A stretch of 64,000 bases of DNA from a virus (IMGVR_UViG_3300010883_008292:12617-76616), one strand, 5' to 3'; numbered from the stretch's first letter, positions 27,943 to 37,841 are shown. Numbers and translations are program-made. Notes: a model not told the origin generated them from the sequence alone.

Positions 27943-29609
27943 TAACATTTAAAACTATACGATGGAAAAACTTTCTGTCGACAGGTAACGCATGGACAGA
28001 AATACAACTTGATAAATCTCCCAGCACATTAATTGTTGGAGATAATGGTAGCGGTAAATCTACAATGTTAGATGCTTTAACCTTTGCCTTATTCAACAAG
28101 CCATTCAGAAATGTATCTAAACCACAGTTAGTTAATTCAATCAACGGAAAAAAATTAATGGTTGAAATTGATTTTTCTATTGGTAAACGAGAGTATTTAA
28201 TACGTCGTGGTGAATTGCCTAAGGTCTTTGAGATAGAAGTAAATGGTATTAAGTTAGATAAAGATGCCAACATAAGAGACTTTCAGAAGTATTTAGAAGA
28301 GAACATATTAAAACTTAATTACAAATCATTTACACAAATAGTCATGTTAGGGAGTGCCTCATTCACTCCCTTCATGCAATTACATTTAGGAGCTAGACGA
28401 GAGATCATAGAAGACATATTAGATATTACTATATTTACTTCTATGAATAAAGTTCTCAAAGACAAGATCACAATTTTAGAAAATCAAATCAAAACATTAG
28501 AAGGTGAGATCCAGATAGCCAAACAAAAGGCGACTCTTCAGGATTCATATATAAAGACGTTAGAGGATGATAAAAAGTCTAAAGTAGAGTCAATAGCAAC
28601 AGCAATTAAGGAGGCGGAAGATGCGATCGAGACAGCGAGGACACTTGCGAAGGAGACAGCAAGCGAGAAGACGAGTCTGGGTGATGTCCATGAAAAGAAA
28701 GGAAGACTTGAAGACTACAAACGAAAATTTACCCTCCAAATCAACACCCATAGAAAAGACTTAGACTTCTTCCACAACAACGACGAATGTCCTACATGTC
28801 AGCAAGGGATAGCACATGACCACAAGGAAGTGATGACAGCCAGGGATAAAGAAAAGATAGATGAATTACAAATAGCCTTAGATGAATTGGAAGAAAAGTA
28901 TGTTGAAGTAGAATCTCTTGTTGAAAAGGTACTTGAACTAGATCAACAAATAATGGACCATAACAATGAAAGTATTGCACAGCAAAGAATATTACAACGA
29001 TTCCAATTAGAGTTATCGGATACACAAGATAAAGTAGGCGACATAACTAAAGAGAGAACAAAATTAAAAACCTTAGCTAAGAATGCTATAGGAAAACAAC
29101 AAGAGAAAATAAAATTAACAGAAACAGGACACTATTATGAAGTAGCACAGTCCCTTTTAAAAGATTCTGGTATTAAAACTAAGATTATTAAAGCCTATTT
29201 GCCAATTATAAACAAATTAGTTAATAAATACCTAGCAGCCATGGACTTTTTTGTTCAGTTTGATTTAGATCAGACGTTCAAAGAAACAATTAAATCCAGG
29301 TTCAGAGATAAATTTAGTTACGCATCGTTTAGTGAAGGAGAGAAACAAAGAATAGACTTAGCGTTAGTATTTACTTGGAGGACAATAGCCAAGATGAAAA
29401 ACAGCGCTAGTACAAATATCTTATTATTAGATGAGGTATTTGATAGTTCGTTAGATACAGATGGAACCCAATATGTTATGCAGTTATTAGAAACTATTGG
29501 CAACGATACTAATGTGTTCGTAATATCTCACAAGGGAGACCAACTATTTGATAAATTTAGATCAGTAGTTAAGTTTGAAAAGAAACAAAATTATAGTGTA
29601 ATAGTATGA
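27939..29609 (+). CDS. gp46: Recombination ATPase subunit (Rad50/SbcC-like)
   Basis: WKNFLSTGN, GDNGSGKST, CPTC zinc hook, FSEGEKQRIDLAL, LLDEVFD motifs. Confidence 0.97.
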   Translation: MITFKTIRWKNFLSTGNAWTEIQLDKSPSTLIVGDNGSGKSTMLDALTFALFNKPFRNVSKPQLVNSINGKKLMVEIDFSIGKREYLIRRGELPKVFEIEVNGIKLDKDANIRDFQKYLEENILKLNYKSFTQIVMLGSASFTPFMQLHLGARREIIEDILDITIFTSMNKVLKDKITILENQIKTLEGEIQIAKQKATLQDSYIKTLEDDKKSKVESIATAIKEAEDAIETARTLAKETASEKTSLGDVHEKKGRLEDYKRKFTLQINTHRKDLDFFHNNDECPTCQQGIAHDHKEVMTARDKEKIDELQIALDELEEKYVEVESLVEKVLELDQQIMDHNNESIAQQRILQRFQLELSDTQDKVGDITKERTKLKTLAKNAIGKQQEKIKLTETGHYYEVAQSLLKDSGIKTKIIKAYLPIINKLVNKYLAAMDFFVQFDLDQTFKETIKSRFRDKFSYASFSEGEKQRIDLALVFTWRTIAKMKNSASTNILLLDEVFDSSLDTDGTQYVMQLLETIGNDTNVFVISHKGDQLFDKFRSVVKFEKKQNYSVIV

Positions 29610-29836
29610 TAGTAATATATGGAAAGCCAAGATGTAGTTTTTGTACAAGAGCAAAAGCTTTATGTGAAAAAGAAAATTTAGATTATGAATATAAGTTATT
29701 GGATGCAGATTATACCGCTGAAGAATTATTTAAATTAGTACCAGAGGCAAAATCTTTTCCTCAGGTATTCATAAATAACAAACCCATAGGTGGGTTTACT
29801 GAACTACAAAAATTGATACAACAGGGAGCAGGGTAA
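29606..29836 (+). CDS. nrdC: Glutaredoxin
   Basis: CSFC active site, SFPQVF, IGGFTEL. Confidence 0.9.
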   Translation: MIVIYGKPRCSFCTRAKALCEKENLDYEYKLLDADYTAEELFKLVPEAKSFPQVFINNKPIGGFTELQKLIQQGAG

Positions 29837-30213
29837 TGGAAGACATGGTTGGTACCGAGGTGGCAAAAGTAACATTTGATGAGAATAGTTACATGCCTTT
29901 ACCATCTAGCCTACGGATAGGGGAGAGTAATATACATGGACAAGGATTATTCTCAAAAGAAGACATACCACAGGGTACAGACTTAGGTTTGTCTCATGTG
30001 TTTGTAATGCACGATTGGGATGGCAAAGTTTGGGGCACTAAGTATTGGCAACGAACTCCACTAGGAGGATTTATAAATCATAGTGAAAGCCCAAACATAA
30101 TCGCGGAAGTAGAGGGGCCTAACATAAACTTCTTTACTAAAAAGAAAATTAAAACTGGAGAGGAATTACTCATAAGATATGAACACGAAAAAATTACAGG
30201 ACTCACAGCCTAA
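29836..30213 (+). CDS. SET-domain methyltransferase
   Basis: S.IHGQGLF...DIP.G, FINHS.SPN, I..GEEL.IRY SET motifs. Confidence 0.88.
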   Translation: MEDMVGTEVAKVTFDENSYMPLPSSLRIGESNIHGQGLFSKEDIPQGTDLGLSHVFVMHDWDGKVWGTKYWQRTPLGGFINHSESPNIIAEVEGPNINFFTKKKIKTGEELLIRYEHEKITGLTA

Positions 30214-30880
30214 GTCTCATTCAGAGATTATGCAGGAACAGTTGGAACCTATAATACATCCAACAGAGTTTGATGAGTCTGACGACTTAGAAATGGCCAA
30301 GGCCATCGAAGCAAACATACCTAAGTATAAGTCGCCTGAAATCAGAACAGCAGATGAATTAGAACTTCTAAGATTTGATGATAAATTCTTATCCAGAGTG
30401 CCAGCACCGTTTCGTTTTGAAGATATGAATGAACACGGTGGGTTAGATCCTAAAGAAATAAAAGAAAGGTTACTCAAAGTTATGCAGCGAGACGGTGGTG
30501 TAGGTTTGTCTGCTAATCAAGTAGGTATAAACGCAGCTTGCTTTGTAATAGGAGACGGCAAAGACTTTGAGAAAATTTTTATTAACCCTAAGATAGTGGG
30601 CGTAGGAGAAGAGCAAGACTCTATTAAAGAAGGTTGTTTATCTTTCCCTGGCCTATTCTTAATGGTTAAAAGGCCTACTAAATGTGCCATACAATATTGG
30701 GACGAAGAAGGCGAGGAGATAATGGAAGAGTATCAAGGCGTCTCTGCTCGTGTAATATTACATGAGTACGATCACATGCTAGGACAAAATTTTACTATGA
30801 GGGTGTCCAGGGTTAAGTTAGAGAGAGCCTTAAAAGCCTTGCACAAGAAGACTAAGAAACACCAAAGGCAAAATACTTAG
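30179..30880 (+). CDS. def: Peptide deformylase
   Basis: GVGLSANQVG, EGCLS, HEYDH motifs. Confidence 0.95.
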   Translation: MNTKKLQDSQPKSHSEIMQEQLEPIIHPTEFDESDDLEMAKAIEANIPKYKSPEIRTADELELLRFDDKFLSRVPAPFRFEDMNEHGGLDPKEIKERLLKVMQRDGGVGLSANQVGINAACFVIGDGKDFEKIFINPKIVGVGEEQDSIKEGCLSFPGLFLMVKRPTKCAIQYWDEEGEEIMEEYQGVSARVILHEYDHMLGQNFTMRVSRVKLERALKALHKKTKKHQRQNT

Positions 30881-30916
30881 TCTTTATCTACATAAATAAG
30901 ATTAAAGGAGAGAACA

Positions 30917-31273
30917 ATGGCAGATGAATTTGATTTTGGTTTTACAGCTGTAGATGAGGTACCTTCCGAGGCACCTGTACAGCAGCCTGTCACTCCTTCT
31001 ATTGATGAAGATAAGATACTTGATAAGTTACAAGAACTAGAATTAAAAATCTTAAATTCAGATAACAGCGGCATGGTTAACGAGCATAGATCGTTAATTG
31101 AAGCTGATGTTTCAACAAAACTTCGTGATGTAGAAGACCTTGTACTTCCTCTACTTTACAATTTGCAGAAGAACCCTGAAAAGGAATACATACATTGGCC
31201 AAATAGAACGGCTATCATTGATAAACAAATTGAAAGAATAAAGGCAGTAACCAGATATTATGAGCGAATCTAA
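30917..31273 (+). CDS. Hypothetical phage protein
   Basis: Strong AAGGAG RBS; MADEFDFGFTAVDE...LQKNPEKEYIHWPNR. Confidence 0.7.
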   Translation: MADEFDFGFTAVDEVPSEAPVQQPVTPSIDEDKILDKLQELELKILNSDNSGMVNEHRSLIEADVSTKLRDVEDLVLPLLYNLQKNPEKEYIHWPNRTAIIDKQIERIKAVTRYYERI

Positions 31274-31862
31274 ACCAATTCAAAACCAAGCGCCAAACAC
31301 AAGCAATGCGTATGAAAAACCAGTAGCCCGAATCTTTGATTTTTATATCTCAGGAGACATAAAAGAATCAAAAGAGTATCAAGACTGGAATCAGATGATG
31401 AGAAACTCAACTGAAAATGATGCAGTTATAATCCATATAAACTCTAACGGGGGAGATATATTTGCAGCAATACAGCTAATGAAAACAATGTCTGAAAGCC
31501 CATCAACTATTATAGCATCCGTAGAAGGTATGTGTATGTCAGCAGCAACACTTATATTCTTATGTGCAGATGTGTGTGAAGTCTCAGAACATAGTCACTT
31601 CATGTTCCATACTTACAGTTCAGGCAACTGGGGTAAAGGAAACGAACAATTAGCCTCAGTTATTGCAGACGATAAGTGGGCTAGACATTTATTTAATTCA
31701 GCTTACAAAGGATTTTTAGATCCAAAAGAGATAAATGAGATGATCGATGGGAAAGACTTTTGGATGGACCCAACAGAAGTTAAGAAGAGATTAGAAAAAA
31801 GAAATAAAGTAGCTAAAAGAAAGCAAAATAAGAAAGCAAAAGCGATCAGAGGTATTAAATGA
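31260..31862 (+). CDS. clpP: ClpP-family serine protease
   Basis: IHINSNGGD, G.CMSAAT.IF, FMFH, DFWM motifs. Confidence 0.85.
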   Translation: MSESKPIQNQAPNTSNAYEKPVARIFDFYISGDIKESKEYQDWNQMMRNSTENDAVIIHINSNGGDIFAAIQLMKTMSESPSTIIASVEGMCMSAATLIFLCADVCEVSEHSHFMFHTYSSGNWGKGNEQLASVIADDKWARHLFNSAYKGFLDPKEINEMIDGKDFWMDPTEVKKRLEKRNKVAKRKQNKKAKAIRGIK

Positions 31863-32161
31863 TTAAACAATATTGGAAAATTACATTCATAAGTTTATTT
31901 GTATTGGCATTGATGGTATATTCATCAACAGCAAATGCTAATAAGACAACAGATGATATTTTAAAGGCATTTGTAGTTTATAAAATCGCTACAGAAATTG
32001 ATAAGAAACAACCCTTTAAAGGAAAAGAACCTCCCTGTGCAAGAGCAGGCGCTAAGTGGGTACCAGGTGTACTCCCTGGAGAACGAGGTAGAGTTATAAG
32101 ATATCCAGTATGTCCTAACTTAATGATGCCATACGGAGGGTTAATTAAGGTTAAGAAATAA
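31859..32161 (+). CDS. Hypothetical exported protein
   Basis: N-terminal signal-peptide-like segment ending in ANA. Confidence 0.55.
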   Translation: MIKQYWKITFISLFVLALMVYSSTANANKTTDDILKAFVVYKIATEIDKKQPFKGKEPPCARAGAKWVPGVLPGERGRVIRYPVCPNLMMPYGGLIKVKK

Positions 32162-33729
32162 TGAGAGCGTTTATAATGATGTTGGTGGTATTACTTCCCA
32201 CCATAGGACTAGCAGAAGTAGAAGAAATAATAGTAGTAGGATCAAAAGTTTCAACTGGATATTCAGATCCAGCACACGACAACTCTGCAATAGAAGGAGT
32301 TGAATCAACAAAAGTTTATACTCCAGGCGGCCCTGGAGGGTTTACAGCAGTAGGCTTAAACGGCACAGACTCAAAACACACAGCAGTATATAGAAATGGA
32401 GTACCTGTTAACGATCCATCAGCAGGTTGGTATGATTTTGGAATAGACTTACCTGCGTGGCAAGACTATAAGAAAATTACAGGACCTAATAGTGTATTGT
32501 TTGGAAGCTCCTCAATGGCAGGAACGATTCTTATAGAAGATACATTTGAAAAACATGTTTTTTATAAGGGAGGAGACTCATCACAGTTCATAACAGGTGG
32601 CAATGAATGGTTTCAAATAGCAAGGTACAAAGGATCAATAGGATCTGTAAAGACAACAAACACAGAGGAAGATTGGTATGATAATACAACACTTAAAACC
32701 AAAGCAAATTATGCTGGCTTCGATGTTGTTATGGTGTCTCAAGATTATTCTTACGACTATGATGATTGTTTACCTAGTTCTATTGAATATAATGATTGTA
32801 ATCAGTCTGGATATAAAACCGATATATCTATTAGGAATGATTGGTTAACATTAGGATACAATTTAAATGCCGCTGAACATAATACAGGCTGGGGCACTAA
32901 AAGTTCTAGACTATTTGCAGATGCGAAGTACAAATATAAGAATTTCTTAACAGGTGTAACAGCACAACAAGAAGATTATGATTTCTATTTTAGATCACCC
33001 GTCCCTTTAAGATATAATGATTGGAGAGCAGGTGTTTATTTTAATTGGTCTACAGAACAAACAGCACCCGAAAGATCATCTGTAATTCCATACAAACTTG
33101 GAATAGGTTATCGTTATGAAGACGATGTTCAAACAGGTAGAGTGGGTGTAGAAGTAAATGACTTTAGAGTCTCATTAGGAAATAGCTATAGGGTTCCAAA
33201 CTTATACGAACGCTATGGAGACGAGTTAGTAAAACCCAATCCACTTTTAGATGCTGAGAAGGGAGTAGGATTAGAAGTTGGTTGGAAAGACTTAACGGTT
33301 TGGCATTATGATTTTAGCAATGGAATAGATTTCAATTTTGCTGATTACCAATACATAAACACAGGCAAGTATCAATCTTCAGGGATTACTTTCAGTACGT
33401 CAATTAAAAACATTGATGTGATGTTAAAGTACACAGACACAGACAAACTTCAAGCAGCCAAGTATAAGACTAAGCTGTCATACTCAGACATGTTTGGCAA
33501 AATAGATTGGGCCGTATCTTATGTGGGTGAGTTTGATAAAGGTTTGGACTGGGCAGGCCGTCCCATAGATGATGTATCAACCTTAGACCTAACTCTAGGC
33601 TACTACCTGGGCTCAAGATACAGGGTCGGCCTCCAGATTAGGGACGTTTTCAACAAAAAGTTTGAAATCTTACCAGAATATGCAGCAGGTGGGCGACAAT
33701 TCCTCATATCTTTTGACTTAACCTTGTAA
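32161..33729 (+). CDS. TonB-dependent outer-membrane receptor (BtuB-like, compact)
   Basis: Signal peptide then TonB box EEIIVVG; plug motifs G....HTAVYRNGVPVND and GPNSVLFGSSSMAG.I.I; barrel motifs SYRVPNLYE.YG, NP.L.AEKG; C-terminal GRQF.ISFDLTL. Confidence 0.88.
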   Translation: MRAFIMMLVVLLPTIGLAEVEEIIVVGSKVSTGYSDPAHDNSAIEGVESTKVYTPGGPGGFTAVGLNGTDSKHTAVYRNGVPVNDPSAGWYDFGIDLPAWQDYKKITGPNSVLFGSSSMAGTILIEDTFEKHVFYKGGDSSQFITGGNEWFQIARYKGSIGSVKTTNTEEDWYDNTTLKTKANYAGFDVVMVSQDYSYDYDDCLPSSIEYNDCNQSGYKTDISIRNDWLTLGYNLNAAEHNTGWGTKSSRLFADAKYKYKNFLTGVTAQQEDYDFYFRSPVPLRYNDWRAGVYFNWSTEQTAPERSSVIPYKLGIGYRYEDDVQTGRVGVEVNDFRVSLGNSYRVPNLYERYGDELVKPNPLLDAEKGVGLEVGWKDLTVWHYDFSNGIDFNFADYQYINTGKYQSSGITFSTSIKNIDVMLKYTDTDKLQAAKYKTKLSYSDMFGKIDWAVSYVGEFDKGLDWAGRPIDDVSTLDLTLGYYLGSRYRVGLQIRDVFNKKFEILPEYAAGGRQFLISFDLTL

Positions 33730-33744
33730 GTCCTTGATTTTAGC

Positions 33745-33766
33745 CAAAAGAGTGATCACTCTTTTG
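33745..33766. promoter_or_regulatory. Perfect 22-bp palindrome (operator or hairpin)
   Basis: caaaagagtgatcactcttttg is its own reverse complement. Confidence 0.6.
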
Positions 33767-33773
33767 AAATACC

Positions 33774-33838
33774 GCTTGATTTATGGTTCGAAAGAGTGCA
33801 TAATAGTAGTATAAACAATAAGAAGTGAGGACTTTAAT
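33774..33838 (+). repeat. 65-bp promoter+RBS direct repeat, copy 1 (TTGATT-N17-CATAAT)
   Basis: 63/65 identical to 36300..36364. Confidence 0.9.
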
Positions 33839-36294
33839 TGAACCAAATACAATCCAAATCAATACTAGCCAAATGTTTAGCAACAGAAGACATTTCAATA
33901 GTACATGATGCTAAAATGCCAACAGCGGCATTTGATGTCAAAGCAAGAACTTTATACCTCCCACAGTGGAAGGACATGTCTCCTGAACTCTATGACTTAT
34001 TCATAGGACATGAGGTTGGACATGCTCATGAAACACCTGCAGAAGGATGGCATGACGCAGTATGTGATGACGTAAAAAAGAAAAACTTCCTTAATGTAGT
34101 TGAAGACGTAAGGATTGAACGTAAGATTAAAGGTAGATATCCTGGCCTAGTTAGTAGGTTCTATAAAGGCTACAAAGAATTAGTTGATGGAGACTTTTTT
34201 GGAATAAAAGGTATAGACATTAACAAACTCCCATTAATTGATAGAGTGAACTTACATTATAAAGTAGGCCACATGATGGGAGTCAACTTTACTACTGAAG
34301 AACAAGATTTAGTTTCAAGGATAGGCAAAGCTGAAACTTGGAAGGACGTTGAAAGATTAGCTGATGAATTATTTGCAGCCAATAAGAAAGACGTTGAAGA
34401 TAAAAAAGATGAATTAGAAAGCATGATTGATAAGATGATGCCTCAAAGATTCAAACAAGATCCTAACGGTGAAGAGCAACAAGAAGGTGAAGGCCAAGAA
34501 TCCTCATCAGGTGATGAAGAAGAAGGCGACGAAGAAGAAACAGATTCATTTGGCGGCTCCGCTTCAGATGATGATGAAACTGAAGAAGAACAAGAAGCCA
34601 GAGAGGAAGCAGAACAACAGGCAAAACAAGATCAACGTGATAAGGATTACGAAGAATGGTTGAACAAGACTCCTGAAGAACGTAAAGCAGACGAAGAAGC
34701 CAAAGAGAAAGCTCAAGAACAATTTAAAAAAGATCAAGAGCTTAAAAAGCAATTGGATAAACTTCAAGAAGCTTTAGACAATGAAGGGTCAGTTACTGAC
34801 AATGCTTTCAGAGAAAATGAGCAGTCATTAGTAGATCAAAATGCACATGACGTAATATATGTTACGGCTCCAGATATTAATCCCGAAGAGTTTATTGTTC
34901 CAATGAACAAACTGTATAACTGGGACAAATCTATTAGCCTACAAACAGCCGCCAAGATTGGTGATCATTTTGAAAACGTGACCCTGGCAAATGATAAAGT
35001 CTATGAAGTAGCTACTAAGCTGTATGACAAGTGGAACAGAACACAGACACCTATCATTAATAGTATGGCACAACAATTTGAACTTAAAAAAGCAGCAACT
35101 GCTTATAAGAAAGCTTCAATAGCCAAGATGGGCAAGTTAAATGAGGATAAGCTTTGGGCTTATAAATTAACAGACGATCTATTTCAAAGAGCTATGATAG
35201 TACCCAACGGTAAAAACCATGGCATCCTAATGTTCGTAGACTTATCAGGAAGCATGTACAGACACATGTCAGGAACAGTAGATCAACTAATGAACGTGGC
35301 AGCATTTTGTAGAAAGGTCAACATACCATTTGATGCTTATGGTTTTAGCACTGCATCTAGATCAGATCGTGATGGAGAACAAAACTGGTACGCAAAACAT
35401 AAAGAAGAATTAAAAACTTTGGCTGAAGGCACTATGTCTATAGATGATCCTTCCTTTAGTTTAGTTCATATGTTGTCTTCAAAATGTTCAAAGAACGAAC
35501 ACATTAACGCAATGAAATATTTAAGTGTCATGAAATGTGGTTGGGACGATAGAAGATACTATGATGATTATGAATCAGGTGAGACTTGGGGCTATATTGA
35601 GAACCCATACTTTTGTTTGTCCAGTACACCACTTAACTCAACGATCATTGTAGGACAAAAGATAGCAAAAATATTTAGAAAGAAATATAACGTTGAAATA
35701 TTAAGCACAATATTTTTAACAGATGGTGGAGCAACAGACAGCTTAAATTATGTTACTCACTTAGACTATCATAAAGAACAAAGAGAAGAACCTTGTGTAA
35801 GAGGACTTTATAATGAAACACCAGCCATCAAAGACGGTAGCTCAACAACCGTCCTAGATCAAAGCCCGGACCGTTATAACAGAAGAGAAATGGCTACTCC
35901 AGCATTATTAGAGTGGTACAAGCTCAGCACAGGTTCCAGGATGATTAACTTCCACATTGTCGATGGTAAAAAGAATCAATTCTGGGAAGAGTTTAATAAA
36001 AACAACTGGATGGAGAAAGGTGATGAACCACACACTAGCTACCGTCCATCATATGAATGGAACGACAGTGAATGGAAAGATTGTAATAAGAATAAGTTTA
36101 TGGTTGTTGAAGACAGATATGGATTTGAACAACGGTTCCTGATCAAAGGAAAGGACGCTCTTAAAATTCAGGACCAAGAATTGAACGTTAGATCATCCAA
36201 CAAGGGCGATTTGATGAGAGGATTTAGAGCTTTTAATAAAGGAAAGACAAATCAAAGGTTATTCTTAAACAAAATCATTGAGTTAGTAGCATAG
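33838..36294 (+). CDS. Metallopeptidase-like / acidic linker / VWA-domain protein (CobT-like partner of a MoxR ATPase)
   Basis: LAK.LATEDI, TAAFDV..R.L.LP.W, HEVGHA, NVVED.RIER; DLSGSM MIDAS motif, STPLN, FLTDG; TTG start. Confidence 0.85.
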   Translation: MNQIQSKSILAKCLATEDISIVHDAKMPTAAFDVKARTLYLPQWKDMSPELYDLFIGHEVGHAHETPAEGWHDAVCDDVKKKNFLNVVEDVRIERKIKGRYPGLVSRFYKGYKELVDGDFFGIKGIDINKLPLIDRVNLHYKVGHMMGVNFTTEEQDLVSRIGKAETWKDVERLADELFAANKKDVEDKKDELESMIDKMMPQRFKQDPNGEEQQEGEGQESSSGDEEEGDEEETDSFGGSASDDDETEEEQEAREEAEQQAKQDQRDKDYEEWLNKTPEERKADEEAKEKAQEQFKKDQELKKQLDKLQEALDNEGSVTDNAFRENEQSLVDQNAHDVIYVTAPDINPEEFIVPMNKLYNWDKSISLQTAAKIGDHFENVTLANDKVYEVATKLYDKWNRTQTPIINSMAQQFELKKAATAYKKASIAKMGKLNEDKLWAYKLTDDLFQRAMIVPNGKNHGILMFVDLSGSMYRHMSGTVDQLMNVAAFCRKVNIPFDAYGFSTASRSDRDGEQNWYAKHKEELKTLAEGTMSIDDPSFSLVHMLSSKCSKNEHINAMKYLSVMKCGWDDRRYYDDYESGETWGYIENPYFCLSSTPLNSTIIVGQKIAKIFRKKYNVEILSTIFLTDGGATDSLNYVTHLDYHKEQREEPCVRGLYNETPAIKDGSSTTVLDQSPDRYNRREMATPALLEWYKLSTGSRMINFHIVDGKKNQFWEEFNKNNWMEKGDEPHTSYRPSYEWNDSEWKDCNKNKFMVVEDRYGFEQRFLIKGKDALKIQDQELNVRSSNKGDLMRGFRAFNKGKTNQRLFLNKIIELVA

Positions 36295-36299
36295 ATAAT

Positions 36300-36364
36300 G
36301 CTTGACTTATGGTTCTAAAGAGTGCATAATAGTAGTATAAACAATAAGAAGTGAGGACTTTAAT
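36300..36364 (+). repeat. 65-bp promoter+RBS direct repeat, copy 2 (TTGACT-N17-CATAAT)
   Basis: 63/65 identical to 33774..33838. Confidence 0.9.
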
Positions 36365-37549
36365 ATGAAACAGATAGATCGAGAACGTTTACAGGAAAAA
36401 TTACAAGCCGAGGATAATGGTACAAGTGTTTTTACTCGTAAACAAATTATAGAAATAGCCACTGGACTAGGAATTGGATTCCCAGCCTGGCTTCTTAATA
36501 AACCAACCTTTAAAGTAGACAGAGGCGTGTACAATTTGGCACCCATGTTTCAAGGTTCAGGTTTGAATGTTGCAACAGCTCCAGTGGCAGCTCCTAGAGT
36601 TCCACTTGAAGTAGTTCAAACACAGCTTCCAGCAGAGCTTGTCCAAGCTAAGCTTAGGGTTGATGTCGAAGATCTTATCCCACCAAAGGATAAAACATTC
36701 GTACCCTTTGGTTTTTACAAAGATTTGAAAAAGGTGTTACAAGGTAACATGTTTTATCCAATATTCATTAGTGGCTTATCAGGCAATGGTAAAACCACAA
36801 TGGCAGAACAAGTATGTGCAGCTCTTAAAAGAGAAGCCATACGAGTAAACGTTAGTATTGAAACCGACGAGGACGATTTGATCGGTGGTAATACTTTAAT
36901 TGATGGTAACGTTGTCTATAGGGAAGGGCCCGTCCTCACCGCGATGAAGCGGGGTGCTGTTCTCATACTTGATGAAATTGATAGGGGTTCAAACAAGTTG
37001 ATGTGCTTACAAGCCATCCTTGAGGGGAAGCCTTATTTCAACAAGAAGACAGGCGAAACCATAACTCCTGTTCCCGGCTTCAACATAGTGGCAACCGCCA
37101 ATACGAAGGGTCGAGGATCAGATGATGGCAAATTCATAAGTGCCAATATACTCGACGAGGCATTCCTGGAAAGGTTTGCGATCACCGTGGAGCAGGAGTA
37201 CCCTACAATGTCTACGGAGAAGAAAATAGTTATCAAGAAAATGGAAAAAGTGAATAACGTAGACGAAGGTTTTGCTACTCACTTAGTTACATGGTCCGAC
37301 GTAATAAGAAAAACTTACTACGAAGGAGCTATTGATGAGCTAATTTCAACACGTAGATTGGAGCACATCGTGAACGCTTATGCAGTTTTTGGAGACAAAA
37401 AGAAAGCAGTTCAACTATGTGTTAATAGATTTGATGATGATACTAAAACAGCATTCATCGACTTGTACACTAAGGTGGATCCAACAGTAGAGCTTGAAGA
37501 GAAAGAGGAAACTGAACAGGAAATACATGAGGACTACAATGACGAATAG
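36365..37549 (+). CDS. cobS: CobS/MoxR-type AAA+ ATPase
   Basis: FVPFG, GLSGNGKT, ETDEDDLIGG, LDEID, TANTKG.G, LDEAFLERF, ISTRRL motifs. Confidence 0.92.
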   Translation: MKQIDRERLQEKLQAEDNGTSVFTRKQIIEIATGLGIGFPAWLLNKPTFKVDRGVYNLAPMFQGSGLNVATAPVAAPRVPLEVVQTQLPAELVQAKLRVDVEDLIPPKDKTFVPFGFYKDLKKVLQGNMFYPIFISGLSGNGKTTMAEQVCAALKREAIRVNVSIETDEDDLIGGNTLIDGNVVYREGPVLTAMKRGAVLILDEIDRGSNKLMCLQAILEGKPYFNKKTGETITPVPGFNIVATANTKGRGSDDGKFISANILDEAFLERFAITVEQEYPTMSTEKKIVIKKMEKVNNVDEGFATHLVTWSDVIRKTYYEGAIDELISTRRLEHIVNAYAVFGDKKKAVQLCVNRFDDDTKTAFIDLYTKVDPTVELEEKEETEQEIHEDYNDE

Positions 37550-37841
37550 TGCTGAGACTTCCTTTAAAAAGGTACCAGAGTATAAGTTTGACGAAGGGGA
37601 GCTCATAGACGAGCTCCGTCGTTACATCGACGCAACATACGGCAACGGACATTACTCCTCAGATAAGTTTCAGGCAACTGAATTTATTATTGATGGAGGA
37701 CATGGAACCGGATTTTGTATAGGAAATATCCTAAAGTATGCACAAAGGTATGGTAAGAAAGGAACCCATGAAGATGCCAGAGCAGACTTACTTAAGGTCT
37801 TACACTACGCATTGATTGCTTTATATGTTCACGACAATTAG
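37539..37841 (+). CDS. DUF3310-like phage protein
   Basis: YKFDE...YIDATY..HYS, GFCIGNILKYAQRYGKK, DLLKVLHYA motifs. Confidence 0.75.
   Translation: MTNSAETSFKKVPEYKFDEGELIDELRRYIDATYGNGHYSSDKFQATEFIIDGGHGTGFCIGNILKYAQRYGKKGTHEDARADLLKVLHYALIALYVHDN

Noticed and set aside
27290-28273. Alternative-frame ORFs within gp47/gp46
   Set aside because: Fully nested in well-conserved core genes, with no recognisable motifs.
36365-37549. Cobalamin biosynthesis role for cobS together with the BtuB-like receptor
   Set aside because: Phage CobS-like proteins are MoxR AAA+ ATPases paired with VWA proteins, and no cobN or other cob genes are present.
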